Origin: Promethearchaeota archaeon
GTDB taxonomy: Archaea > Asgardarchaeota > Hermodarchaeia > Hermodarchaeales > Hermodarchaeaceae
Assembly (NCBI GenBank): GCA_048938385.1
Contig: JBHLMG010000001.1
Coordinates: 1 to 64,000 of the forward strand
DNA: 64,000 nucleotides
Direction: 5' to 3'
The notes beneath the pieces were generated by a model. The model made no database searches and had not been told where the DNA came from. It saw only the letters and a list, made by a program, of their open reading frames with translations. Position 1 is the first letter of the stretch; every line of letters begins with the position of its first letter. Shown in pieces: positions 49,189 through 59,204 of the stretch. The position numbers and the translations under genes were made by a program.

Positions 49189-50067
49189 TTACTTCACCTT
49201 ATGTGAGGTGTATTCCACCTTTCCTTCTTTGCTAATAGTTGCTGAAGCACGTCTGGCTGCCCAACACTGCACAGCTAAACCAACAGGGAACGAAGCAGGA
49301 TGCCGCATAGCTATATCAATGTGCACATCTAACACTGTAGTGTCTCCACCAAGTCCCATTGGACCGATTCCCGTTCTATTAAGACCCTGCCTGAGATCTT
49401 CTTCAATTTTAGCCACTTTAGGATCAGAGTGGCGTTGACCTACTGGTCTTAGTAATTGCTCTTTTGCTATCTTCAAGCTAATGTCTGCGCCTCCTCCAAT
49501 ACCAATCCCAATAATAGTCGGTGGACACGGCTTGGCTCCTGCTTCAATCATTGAATCAATTACGAATTGTTTCATACCATTCAATCCCTGACCCGGGGTA
49601 AGCATTCCTAATTTGCAGACATTCTCTGAACCACCCCCCTTTGGTAAAGCTGTGACATGTAGATCAGAACCATCAGTGATCTTCCAATTTATCCAGGGAA
49701 TATTGAGACCGGTGTTATCACCAGGATTCTTATGTAAAATTGGATTTACTGTATTTGGGCGAAGCGGAATCTTCTGAGTTGCTTTTCGAACGGCATTAGT
49801 AAGGATTTGTGGAATCTCGTTTAATAATGGAAATTTAGTACCTACGGTAACATAGAAAATTTGTATTCCTGTATCTTGGCACATGGGGATCGAACGCTGA
49901 CGCGCAAGTTCGATGTTTTCAAGAATGGCCTGTAATTGATTCTTTGCCGTAAGGTTTCGTTCATTTTTCAGCGCCTCTTCGAGTCCTTTAGATACATCTC
50001 GGGGTAAATCAGTAACAGCTAAACGCAAGAGGTTAACAATAACCTCTTCCAAGTCGTTAGCATTCAT
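49189..50067 (-). CDS. Class I fumarate hydratase alpha subunit
   Basis: CQDTG, KGGGSEN, CPP and CWA motifs. Confidence 0.92.
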   Translation of the reverse strand: MNANDLEEVIVNLLRLAVTDLPRDVSKGLEEALKNERNLTAKNQLQAILENIELARQRSIPMCQDTGIQIFYVTVGTKFPLLNEIPQILTNAVRKATQKIPLRPNTVNPILHKNPGDNTGLNIPWINWKITDGSDLHVTALPKGGGSENVCKLGMLTPGQGLNGMKQFVIDSMIEAGAKPCPPTIIGIGIGGGADISLKIAKEQLLRPVGQRHSDPKVAKIEEDLRQGLNRTGIGPMGLGGDTTVLDVHIDIAMRHPASFPVGLAVQCWAARRASATISKEGKVEYTSHKVK

Positions 50068-50106
50068 TCAGATCATCTCCTACCAGAGATAATCACATTG
50101 ACCCGC

Positions 50107-50697
50107 TCATCTACCTATCGTTTTGGGTTGTGCAAGTTGGGACCCCAAGAGGATTTTGCGTAAAAGCTCTTGTAAGAGATTAACTGTGCGTATGCCTTGC
50201 GTGGCAACCGTTTCAAATATTTCCGACGACCCATTCAGACCAAGGGCATTGATAAAGTCAACACGGCTAAGTAAAGGAAGAATATCGCGCTTATTTAATG
50301 CGAAAACAACAGGTATATCCGAACTAAGACGCGATCCAAAATAACCTTGAAGTTCTTTCCAACATCGTTGGTTCTCCCCAATTAACTTCGGGTTGGAATC
50401 GGCGACAAACACAATGCCATCTGTTCCAGTTAGAACCGTTGAACGCGTCTCAGCATAGTAGTCTTGACCTGTCGCTGACCAAATGTGAATTTGCAGAATC
50501 CACTCCCCCTGAGTGAGTTCTATTGGACCATAATCAAAAAAAAGTGTTCGACCTGTTGTTGTTTCTATCGACTCAAGCCGTGAGAGAATATTTAGGTGAC
50601 GAAAAAGAGAGCGAATACTTTCAGTTTTTCCACTCATTGCAGGGCCATAATAGACAATTTTGGTCTGAATAATCCGTTGACTCCAATCAATTAACAA
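50107..50697 (-). CDS. MglA-like small GTPase
   Basis: KIVYYGPAMSGKT, RTLFFDY, ATGQ and NKRD motifs. Confidence 0.9.
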   Translation of the reverse strand: MLIDWSQRIIQTKIVYYGPAMSGKTESIRSLFRHLNILSRLESIETTTGRTLFFDYGPIELTQGEWILQIHIWSATGQDYYAETRSTVLTGTDGIVFVADSNPKLIGENQRCWKELQGYFGSRLSSDIPVVFALNKRDILPLLSRVDFINALGLNGSSEIFETVATQGIRTVNLLQELLRKILLGSQLAQPKTIGR

Positions 50698-50719
50698 GAT
50701 CTCAGTCCTCCGACTGTTT

Positions 50720-51610
50720 TCAAATTGACCAAAATCCTTCTAGTCGATCACCAACTGATTGACCGGTTCCATCTTGCACTGAGTTTTCAAAATCTTCGCC
50801 CCATTCAGATTTAATGAACTCCATGAGCCGCTCAATTGAGGCTCCTTTGTAATCAATGGCTTGTTGAAGCATCTTATTCGAGATTGTAGATTTTACTCCG
50901 ACTCCTTGAAGCAAACGAAGCCGCATTAAAATTATTAAAACCCGCCAAGCGGCCTCCACAAAACCCTGAATGTGCTCTCGGTAAAGGCTTTGACGAACTC
51001 GTTCTTCTTCATTATTGAGATCAATCAAACTACTTTCTAATCTTTTACTTACCTTACCTTGTGCTGCTCTGCGTAGTATTCGAGTGATTCGTTCCATTTT
51101 CATTCTGGTTTCTGATGTCACCTTTTCTAGTAATTTTTCTTCAAAGCCAACCTTGGATACAGACTTATATCCACCATTTGATTCGAGTTTGAGCCCCCCT
51201 TCCCTGTGTCGTAAAATTATTGGTGAGAATGAGTTATTACTAATATTACTGTGAACCTGATCAAAATAACTCGAATCTGTTACTATGATCCATCCTTGAA
51301 AATTGGATATCTCATTACTTACAAGATTCATGGAGGATGACGGAGATCGATAAATCATACGCTCTCCGTTATAATCACTTTTCTCGTGCTCTACCATTCT
51401 CGTGTGTTCAGAATTAGAAATGAAATCAGATCCAAACACTACTTCTCGTCTGTGTGGCACTAATTTGACTAAGGCTTCTGCTATCATATCGGCTGATTCG
51501 GGAGAATCACTAGAAATAATCACGGGATAACGATCTAAAATAGAACGTAGCACGATTGCAAGATTTTTGCGATTTAATGTATTCAATTCGCCATCAAGGA
51601 AGATATTCAT
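50720..51610 (-). CDS. DENN-core-like protein (tentative)
   Basis: VLRSILDRYPVIISSDSPESADMIAEALVKLVP resembles the cDENN signature. Confidence 0.45.
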   Translation of the reverse strand: MNIFLDGELNTLNRKNLAIVLRSILDRYPVIISSDSPESADMIAEALVKLVPHRREVVFGSDFISNSEHTRMVEHEKSDYNGERMIYRSPSSSMNLVSNEISNFQGWIIVTDSSYFDQVHSNISNNSFSPIILRHREGGLKLESNGGYKSVSKVGFEEKLLEKVTSETRMKMERITRILRRAAQGKVSKRLESSLIDLNNEEERVRQSLYREHIQGFVEAAWRVLIILMRLRLLQGVGVKSTISNKMLQQAIDYKGASIERLMEFIKSEWGEDFENSVQDGTGQSVGDRLEGFWSI

Positions 51611-52521
51611 CGTGCTATCGCCTCTAAAAATCCGTTTACATCCAATGTCGGGCGTTGAGCCGTAGGTGCCTTTTGTAACACGGATTCAATTTCAGATATG
51701 AAGTTTGGAATCACAAGTCGAAGTAATCCCAGGCGCATTGAATCCTTTTTTATCAATGTGCTAAAGAGCCCACCGGCAAGTCGGTAAATGAAATGTTGTT
51801 GGTTACCACAATCACAAAGTACCTGAAGAATTCTCGTTCGCTTAACAAGTTGGGCGACCTTCCGAGAAGTATCAAAAAGAGTATAGGTTAATGTTGAGTT
51901 TCTAATTCGGACGCCTTCGTTGTATCGCTGCGTTGGAATCAAATAACCACCTTCAAGGCATACTTCACCAGTTTCTGCTGATGGTAATGCCTGAAGAAAA
52001 TCCATAACTATCTCAGTAATTTGCTGAGCTGTACTTTCGGTGATTGAAAGGTTCACAGTGCTTGGTGTCCAAGTTCGCTGTGGCCCTTCGCGCACATTAA
52101 ACGCGTTATATATCTGTGCCTTTTCTCTGTTCTCAAATGCTCGTAAAGGTGGAATAAAGTGTTCGTTCCATAGCGACTCATCGAGATGCCTTATAGTGCG
52201 TTCAAGCTGTAGAAGTAGTGCTCCAAGATTACTTTGACTTTGTGTAGTTACAGTAATGAAATAGTTACTTGCCCGTGGAAGCGTTGCAAGTAAGAACTTG
52301 CTTCTTTCTCCCTCAATAAGAACATAGGATAAATCATCATGCAGCCGTTGGGCAACAGATAGAATCGCAGCCGCTGACGATGATAACCCAAATATCTCGT
52401 TTTCTGAAAGCCAGACGCCGCTACTTGTGATGGGATATCCATCTCGTTGTGCTAAAACAGAGTTTTCTACTCCAGGAACAGCTTTGATGCTTTGGAGATG
52501 TAAATTACACTGGTCTAGCAT
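51607..52521 (-). CDS. Tandem roadblock/LC7 (MglB-like) protein
   Basis: VLAQRDGYPI...VLIEGE...NLGALL and a second copy CLEGGYLI...RLGLLRL; start re-placed at ATG 52521 because the longer ORF runs into a tRNA. Confidence 0.8.
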   Translation of the reverse strand: MLDQCNLHLQSIKAVPGVENSVLAQRDGYPITSSGVWLSENEIFGLSSSAAAILSVAQRLHDDLSYVLIEGERSKFLLATLPRASNYFITVTTQSQSNLGALLLQLERTIRHLDESLWNEHFIPPLRAFENREKAQIYNAFNVREGPQRTWTPSTVNLSITESTAQQITEIVMDFLQALPSAETGEVCLEGGYLIPTQRYNEGVRIRNSTLTYTLFDTSRKVAQLVKRTRILQVLCDCGNQQHFIYRLAGGLFSTLIKKDSMRLGLLRLVIPNFISEIESVLQKAPTAQRPTLDVNGFLEAIAR

Positions 52522-52607
52522 TTTATGTGACACTATTAGCAAGCTCCATAATTTGGAGAAGCTTTGCGTATAAAAACCAGCAAAAGTGATCAGATTCGTG
52601 AAAGAGG

Positions 52608-52719
52608 TGCGGGGGGTGGGATTCGAACCCACGAAGGTCTACACCACAGGAGCCTCAGTCCTGCCCCTTTAGTCAGATTTCATAACTGAAATCCTTAGAC
52701 CATGCTCGGGTACCCCCGC
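52608..52719 (-). tRNA. tRNA-Leu(GAG) with 27-nt D-loop intron (52669-52695)
   Basis: Anticodon arm CAGGA-CTGAGGC-TCCTG, long variable arm, BHB helix GGTC/GACT; 3' end reads A-CCT, so CCA is not fully encoded. Confidence 0.95.
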
Positions 52720-53116
52720 AGCATCAGTAAGCATCCCGTTTTCTCCTCACTTTTTAACTTTGTCGGCGAGATGCCTCATTTCCTTGAGAAGGGGAATCAA
52801 TCATCGTGTTTGTCAGTGTACTTGTATAAACCCAATCCTTCATGTTATGAAGGCTCAATAGATCATTTGGCGCCAATAAACCCCGAATTCCATTCGATGG
52901 AATGTGCAGCTTTTTTACTTGGCTCTAGCAGCTCAAAAAACGCGATTCTCAGTTGAAATGGTTTTTTTGGTGGGTAATACTCGTTTTTTTTCAAAGGTTT
53001 TGAGTTTCGAGCTTTAATAAAGCTTGGTTTCCTCCGTGGTGGATTCACTTTGACTGAATATATTCTATGGGTAATACGCAGATAATACCAGCATCTTTTC
53101 AGAGCATTACCCAGGT

Positions 53117-53299
53117 ATGTATCTGATTGAAATGAAGCTGATCACAGTTAATCTACCCGAAGCTTATGTTAACGGCATTGAAAAACTGATCGTCGAAAAA
53201 CTCTACCCCAATCGAAGTGAGGCCATTCGAATTGCAGTGAGAGATCTTCTGAAGAAAGAACTTTGGGAGAGCAATTCTCCACAAATGAAAGCTAGGTGA
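53117..53299 (+). CDS. cdrS: Ribbon-helix-helix regulator, CdrS-like
   Basis: ITVNLPE...YPNRSEAIRIAVRDLL directly upstream of ftsZ. Confidence 0.8.
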   Translation: MYLIEMKLITVNLPEAYVNGIEKLIVEKLYPNRSEAIRIAVRDLLKKELWESNSPQMKAR

Positions 53300-53305
53300 A
53301 ACGCA

Positions 53306-54643
53306 ATGGGAGCGGGTTTATCAAAAATTGTACAGGATGCCGCTAGACGCCCTACACCTACTCCAACTCGGTTTTCGAAAACTGGAGCTAGAATAATGGT
53401 TGCTGGTGTCGGGGGTGGTGGAAATAACACCATAAACCGACTCGTTCAGATTGGTATCCAAGGGGCTGAATGTATCGCAGTTAACACTGACCAACAGCAT
53501 CTTGATCATGTTGACGCTCACCAGAAACTGCTAATAGGAAAAACAATAACTAGAGGTTTAGGAACGGGTGGGTTTCCTGAATTAGGTGCAGCAGCAGCTG
53601 AAGAATCTCGGCAAGATCTAATTAATCTCCTTCGTGGAGTTGATTTGCTATTTATTGCAGCAGGATTAGGGGGTGGAACAGGAACCGGTGCCGCACCTGT
53701 AATTGCTGAAATTGCTAAACAAAATGGCGCTATTGTTGTCTGCACAGTCACTACGCCTTTCACCATTGAAGGCGCCCGTATCGATAAAGCTCATAGAGGG
53801 CTCCAAAGGTTGCGTCGATATGCGGACACCGTTATAGTAATTGATAACAACAAACTTCTTGAAATTGCACGAGACCTTCCAATAGATGAGGCGTTTAGTG
53901 TTGCTGATGAAATTCTTGCAAGTATGGTAAAAGGGGTTACTGAGACCATTAGCCTACCGAGCCTCATTAACCTTGATTTTGCGGATGTAAGAAGCGTCTT
54001 AGCGGGTGGTGGTGTAGCTCTAGTCGGTCTTGGAGAAGCTGCCCCTTCGGAAAACAAAAATTACGACCGTATTTCCGAAGCTGTGAAGAACGCCCTTCAT
54101 TCACCATTACTTGGAGATCTAAGCGTTAAAGGAGCAACAGGAGCGTTGATACATGTCATTGGTGGACCTGATCTTAGTCTTGAAGAGGCAACTCGAGTTG
54201 CAGATGTTGTCACACGCCAAATGCGCCATGACGCTAGAATAATTTGGGGTGCCCGTATCCTTCCTGATTTTGCTGGGTATGTGCGTGTTTTGTTAATCGT
54301 AACCGGACTAGAGGGTAATTCAGCCGTACTACCTGGGTTCAGGGGCAACATCGAGATATTCGACGATGTCGATTGGGGCGCTCTTCAATTGTATCGGATT
54401 GATGCCCCAGAAGATAGTATAGGATCAACAAGCGAAATCCTTTCAGGAATAGCGCATACCTTCGAAGGAACAACATCTACTCCTCTGGTTCCTGATCAAC
54501 CCGGGGAAATCCGCGAACACACACCCGCTTCACAATCACATGTTCCCACAGCATTTCCAATGGCTTCGAGCTTCATAGAAAATGAACCCTTGCAAGGGCT
54601 AGGGTTGAAAAAAATCGAATCCACCTCGAGCGCTAGTTCATAG
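53306..54643 (+). CDS. ftsZ: Cell division protein FtsZ with long C-terminal tail
   Basis: GVGGGGNN, VNTD, GGGTGTG and NLDFADV motifs. Confidence 0.96.
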   Translation: MGAGLSKIVQDAARRPTPTPTRFSKTGARIMVAGVGGGGNNTINRLVQIGIQGAECIAVNTDQQHLDHVDAHQKLLIGKTITRGLGTGGFPELGAAAAEESRQDLINLLRGVDLLFIAAGLGGGTGTGAAPVIAEIAKQNGAIVVCTVTTPFTIEGARIDKAHRGLQRLRRYADTVIVIDNNKLLEIARDLPIDEAFSVADEILASMVKGVTETISLPSLINLDFADVRSVLAGGGVALVGLGEAAPSENKNYDRISEAVKNALHSPLLGDLSVKGATGALIHVIGGPDLSLEEATRVADVVTRQMRHDARIIWGARILPDFAGYVRVLLIVTGLEGNSAVLPGFRGNIEIFDDVDWGALQLYRIDAPEDSIGSTSEILSGIAHTFEGTTSTPLVPDQPGEIREHTPASQSHVPTAFPMASSFIENEPLQGLGLKKIESTSSASS

Positions 54644-54663
54644 TAACCACAAACGGTGAACTA

Positions 54664-54924
54664 TCAACCCATCCAACCAAAAAACGCCTGTCGCAACTGG
54701 TCCAATTGAATAAGGATTGACTGAAAAAGTCCCTGTGACCAACCTATCACATCGAGAATAATTGTAATGAGTATTGCGATGGTCAGAATTGCTAGACCAA
54801 GTAAAAGTCCTTCCTCAACTAGGGGTGATCCTCGTCTATTTCGAATGAAATCAATAAGTATCTGAAATAGCCGCATTCTCAAGTCCTGTAAACTACTTTT
54901 CGCTTCACTATTTAAGCTCCACAA
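54664..54924 (-). CDS. Flp/type IV pilin-like protein
   Basis: Class III signal RNRRG/SPLVEEGLLL followed by a hydrophobic helix. Confidence 0.75.
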   Translation of the reverse strand: MWSLNSEAKSSLQDLRMRLFQILIDFIRNRRGSPLVEEGLLLGLAILTIAILITIILDVIGWSQGLFQSILIQLDQLRQAFFGWMG

Positions 54925-55614
54925 TTAAATGAATGCAAAGAGAAGTTGGCTAGTAAGAATGTAAGTGCAGCCAAAGGCCATAACATACAAGAACACTGTC
55001 CGCATAGATCCTTCAACGGTTTGGTTAAGTCGATATCCAGTAACAATGACGGTTAGGAATAACGCAGTGAGAACTGAAAACGAAAAGGGCGTTTGGATCC
55101 CAGGGTCAGGATAGTTGAACCCTCCAGCAATGAACGCTAATGATAACATTGGAGCTAAAGCGGTAATCATACCCAAAACTATCGATGAAACAAGAGCGAG
55201 AGCCAATACTTTCACTTTCTGACTCGAAATAAGGCTCTTCCGCACTTTAGTCATTGCATTGTTTTTGCGAACTTGTTTAATTACTTGTAACATTCTTTCG
55301 CCTCCAACCTTCGATCCTTTTTCAAGAAAACGACCCAACAGCTCAACTAATCGAGAATATTTCGTATAGGAATATGTAGAACACAAATCTCCCCAGGCTT
55401 TTCGAAACGATTTCGTACCTTCTAGAATTCCTCTAATAGCTCGTCTAATGAAATCTGGCGTTTGGTCGCCAAAATACTCTGCAGTGCGAACTAAGGCAAA
55501 CTCAGGACTAGCCCCAGAAGTTAATTCGTAGGAAAAATGAGCGATGAAATCCACAAATTGATCAAATCCATTATTTTGTCCCAATCCTTCATTCCCCCAA
55601 TAGAATGAGCTCAT
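54925..55614 (-). CDS. TadB/T2SS-F-like membrane platform protein
   Basis: LTSGASPEFAL motif, C-terminal TMs, operon context. Confidence 0.7.
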   Translation of the reverse strand: MSSFYWGNEGLGQNNGFDQFVDFIAHFSYELTSGASPEFALVRTAEYFGDQTPDFIRRAIRGILEGTKSFRKAWGDLCSTYSYTKYSRLVELLGRFLEKGSKVGGERMLQVIKQVRKNNAMTKVRKSLISSQKVKVLALALVSSIVLGMITALAPMLSLAFIAGGFNYPDPGIQTPFSFSVLTALFLTVIVTGYRLNQTVEGSMRTVFLYVMAFGCTYILTSQLLFAFI

Positions 55615-56422
55615 TCGAAAATAGCATCTTTTGCATTATCTTTGAGAGTCCAAACTGAAAAACAGGTAAGATTAAGATAAGAGGGTGTTCTGCTAAACCG
55701 CGAATAGCGACACCTAAGAGAATAATTACTGGTAAGAACACCAGCAGTCCCGAATATACCATCATGCGGCTTTCCCATTGCATCGTAAGCCCTTCGTAAT
55801 GTCTTTGAAGATTCTCATGGGCATCTAGAATCACAGTGTCCAAGCTATCATTAGAGGCTTCAACCAATTGTACAAAAGCTAATAATCCCCTTCGAAGAGT
55901 AATTGAAGGCTGACTGTAGGCGAAGTTCATGAGAAGCTGTTCGGGCGCAACTCCTTGATTTAAGGACGAAATCATTTTTAAAAACGCAGTTGAAATTTGA
56001 TCATATTCGCCTCTTGATACATATTGAATTGATTCAAACACTGATCCTGTCGCAAGAAAAATCGTAGCTAGCTCTTCTAAAACATATGGCGTGTGTTTTG
56101 CAATCTGAGTTAATATTCGATTGTATTCTGATGATATAGAATTAGTAAGAAGTAAACCGCTCATTGAGGCGATTGTGACCCCCAAAATCATAGCACTAAT
56201 TGAGTTGACAAGGAAATTCAACAAAAGGGTTGTTAAGCCAAAAATTGTGACGCTAAAGAATAGAACCCCTCCTAAGATGTGCTCGGGTTGAACAGTGTCA
56301 TGGTACAGGAAGTTTACTGCTTTCTTAAATTCTAAGGAGACGAAATGTTTACCTACAAGCCGTGAACCTGGAACGCCTTTTCCAATTTTAGCTAGTAATG
56401 GTATGTAACCCAACAGTCTCAC
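55589..56422 (-). CDS. TadC/T2SS-F-like membrane platform protein
   Basis: PYVLEELA...GVAPEQLL pattern, TMs, operon context. Confidence 0.7.
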   Translation of the reverse strand: MRLLGYIPLLAKIGKGVPGSRLVGKHFVSLEFKKAVNFLYHDTVQPEHILGGVLFFSVTIFGLTTLLLNFLVNSISAMILGVTIASMSGLLLTNSISSEYNRILTQIAKHTPYVLEELATIFLATGSVFESIQYVSRGEYDQISTAFLKMISSLNQGVAPEQLLMNFAYSQPSITLRRGLLAFVQLVEASNDSLDTVILDAHENLQRHYEGLTMQWESRMMVYSGLLVFLPVIILLGVAIRGLAEHPLILILPVFQFGLSKIMQKMLFSNELILLGE

Positions 56423-58454
56423 TCCTACTTACAGGTTTTTTTCGTTGAGATTGAGAAGATAACTCGTTTTGGGGGAACAGGCTTGCATGGGCGGTATCAA
56501 ATGTAGATACAATCACGCTGGGGTTCAATTGTTTACTTGAGACAAGACGATGGAGAGTCTTCTCATAAGTCTGATAGAGTCTAAGAATTACCATTTCTGA
56601 TATCGATTGGAACTGACAGGATCGGGTAATCAGGGGGGTTATGACATCGCGTTCTTTATGTTCTAGTTGTTTGGAAGCTTTGTTCCATTCAAACAGCGTT
56701 CTCAGCGTTGTCTCTCCTTCTGCAAAAGACACTTCACTTATCTGAGCGACTCGACGAATAATTTGCCCTCGAAAATTCTCCTTGACCATATGAATCAGTA
56801 ATCCAAGACCTTGAAAGCAAACCTCAGGGATGTTGTGATGAATGCGCCATCGTAATAAAAGCTCAGCATTCGAATTAGCATGACATGTTTGGATACCTTT
56901 TATTCCCGCACTTAGAGCATGGAACATTGCTGAACTGTGTTCAGCGGTTTGGAGTTCACCCAGGAAAACCCAATCAGGTGATCGATGTAATAATCGAATA
57001 ATTTCATTTGATTTTGTTAATCGACTATTCTCAGTAGAGTCGAAAGGATCAACCTTGAAGATTACTTTATGTCTTCCTTCTTCATTCACAGTTACGCTTT
57101 CTAATGCATCCTCAATGGCAATTCTTCGCCAACTAGGTGGGGCTACCAAATTAATTGCATTCGCCATGGTTGTTTTTCCAGTGGCAGGTTCACCACAAAT
57201 TGTGATGTTGATACGAAGCGACATGCAGAGGATTAGAAAGGCTGCAGCTTGTAAAGAAATGGTCCCATTAATTATGAGTTCAGGCAAAGTTAGTGTTCGC
57301 ATTCGAATCTTCCGAATATTCAAATGAGAACCACCATGAGCTAAAGGAGGAATATCGATTGCAGCCCTTACATGAAATAGGCTCGTTTTCAATTCAGTTT
57401 TTAAAGAAGGGGTTTTTTCATCCAGAGGCTTCCGGCTTTCAAGGCGTAGTCGAGTTATAATGTGGGATAACTCCGAATGCGAAGGGGCTAGATTACTTTT
57501 ACAGCGCCCCCATCGAGCATGATCAAGATAATAAGCACTCTCAGGGCTATCCAGATACACTTCTTGAACTTCATCGTCAAGTAAAAGTGGCATTGTTTTT
57601 GTGAAATTAAGGCTTTGAGCCGTAGCATAAATTGCAAACTTGGCTCGGTCTTCTTCGTTTAATTCCGCAAAATGAGTAGCAATATAATGCTGAAAATCAG
57701 CGATCTTCGAATGGATGACTTCATCTAAGGTTTGAAGTCTAAAATCAGAAGAATCAACCAAGTTTTGTTTAGAATGAAGCTGCTGGAGTATTCGCGGGGA
57801 TAAAACATCGTTAAGCGATAATACAACGCGATAATATTTCTCAAGGGGGGCATGAGCAAAATCTATTATCTCAACCTTAAATGGACCCACTTCATAGGAG
57901 CTTAGAGTGTGATGAGGCGTCTCTACACTATGAAGGGCTAGCTCTGCCTTTGAAGCTCGTCGTATTTTCAATAGGTTCTCAAAAAGACGAATATTCTGTG
58001 TTGGGGTACCGCTCTGGGCGTTTTTTAACTTGGATATTAATGTGGTCTTTTCGAGTGCTGCTAAGAACTCATGAATAAGGTGTTTATTGCTTGATCGAGA
58101 TGCGTTTTTCACCGTATTATATGCTGCTAAGGGCGTTGAGTATAACTGTTGTTTAATGGCAGGAAATTGCTTGCTAACTTCGTGTATCCGGTTCTCGAAT
58201 TGGGATAAAAACGAAGAGTAGTCTTTGAGCATCTCCATAGAGCTGGCTGGGATTGTTACTACCTGATGCCTTGTCATAAAGCGGCAAGGAAGAGACTCAG
58301 TAGTAAAAGGCATTATTTGGAGGAATTGATGAAGGCAATGAGAGTCTACTGACAAGTCCCCTTTGGTTGTCTTATCATAAGGACAAAGATCACAGCTAAA
58401 AGTCAAGCTTCTCGAATTGAGACTATCCTCTTCAAGTTGGAATGGACAAACCAT
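56388..58454 (-). CDS. Type II/IV secretion/pilus assembly ATPase (CpaF/ArlI family)
   Basis: GEPATGKT, IEDALE, PDWVFLGE and QTCHA motifs. Confidence 0.9.
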   Translation of the reverse strand: MVCPFQLEEDSLNSRSLTFSCDLCPYDKTTKGDLSVDSHCLHQFLQIMPFTTESLPCRFMTRHQVVTIPASSMEMLKDYSSFLSQFENRIHEVSKQFPAIKQQLYSTPLAAYNTVKNASRSSNKHLIHEFLAALEKTTLISKLKNAQSGTPTQNIRLFENLLKIRRASKAELALHSVETPHHTLSSYEVGPFKVEIIDFAHAPLEKYYRVVLSLNDVLSPRILQQLHSKQNLVDSSDFRLQTLDEVIHSKIADFQHYIATHFAELNEEDRAKFAIYATAQSLNFTKTMPLLLDDEVQEVYLDSPESAYYLDHARWGRCKSNLAPSHSELSHIITRLRLESRKPLDEKTPSLKTELKTSLFHVRAAIDIPPLAHGGSHLNIRKIRMRTLTLPELIINGTISLQAAAFLILCMSLRINITICGEPATGKTTMANAINLVAPPSWRRIAIEDALESVTVNEEGRHKVIFKVDPFDSTENSRLTKSNEIIRLLHRSPDWVFLGELQTAEHSSAMFHALSAGIKGIQTCHANSNAELLLRWRIHHNIPEVCFQGLGLLIHMVKENFRGQIIRRVAQISEVSFAEGETTLRTLFEWNKASKQLEHKERDVITPLITRSCQFQSISEMVILRLYQTYEKTLHRLVSSKQLNPSVIVSTFDTAHASLFPQNELSSQSQRKKPVSRSETVGLHTITS

Positions 58455-58556
58455 ACTCGCCGTTCAGCTAGTTCAGAAATTGGTATTTAAAGGAAGAAAA
58501 ATCTCGAAAAATAGGACTTTATATTCTGCATAGTTAGAGTTGAATATGGGACCAAG

Positions 58557-58952
58557 TTGAATCAGAGCCTCGAGAAAATTATCATTATCGGATTGAACCT
58601 CACACTTCTCGTTACAATTGGAGTTCCACTACTGTTTGCAACTACTCAGGTAATTTCTGAAACAGAACACACAGTAGCCTTCCAAAACTTCGTCCAAGAG
58701 GTTGATGAAACCATTCTGCTTGCAGACCAGGGACAATCAGTTATAGTGAAACAAGTTTTCGTTCCTGTGAATGTATCGATCTTAACTGAAAACACTCAAC
58801 TCATTTTCAAAATATATCTTGGTTCCTGGCAAATGGCAGCACGAACCTATCGATGTCCCCTTCAGTTGTCAAGCCCCACCCAGAGCGGTCTTCACTGGTT
58901 GACAGTTAACGCAACTAGTTCATCGATTTCTATTTCCTTTCAACCAATATAG
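58557..58952 (+). CDS. Pilin-like protein with N-terminal hydrophobic helix
   Basis: QSLE-KIIIIGL N-terminus; divergent from the pilus ATPase. Confidence 0.5.
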   Translation: MNQSLEKIIIIGLNLTLLVTIGVPLLFATTQVISETEHTVAFQNFVQEVDETILLADQGQSVIVKQVFVPVNVSILTENTQLIFKIYLGSWQMAARTYRCPLQLSSPTQSGLHWLTVNATSSSISISFQPI

Positions 58953-58961
58953 GGTGGACCA

Positions 58962-59204
58962 ATGATCGTATTCCCACTTCTCAAAATCTTACTCTGTTCT
59001 TGGATAATTCTGCTAATTATTCAATCAATTAGTCACAATATTCTTACACTCACTTTGATCTCAGGAGTGATTGTTACCTCCATACCAATAGCACTAGGGT
59101 TTGCCTGGATTAGCGGACCTATTGTGTTTCAAACGGTGTTTCTTTTCACGCTATTTGTAATTGCTGTGATACTAATTCATTTAATACAGCTAGGGCTGGG
59201 GTAG
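58962..59204 (+). CDS. Small hydrophobic membrane protein
   Basis: Three TM-like segments, SD GGTGG. Confidence 0.5.
   Translation: MIVFPLLKILLCSWIILLIIQSISHNILTLTLISGVIVTSIPIALGFAWISGPIVFQTVFLFTLFVIAVILIHLIQLGLG

Noticed and set aside
52522-52956. N-terminal extension of ORF 51607-52632, and ORF 52702-52956
   Set aside because: They overlap tRNA-Leu; real roadblock start placed at 52521.
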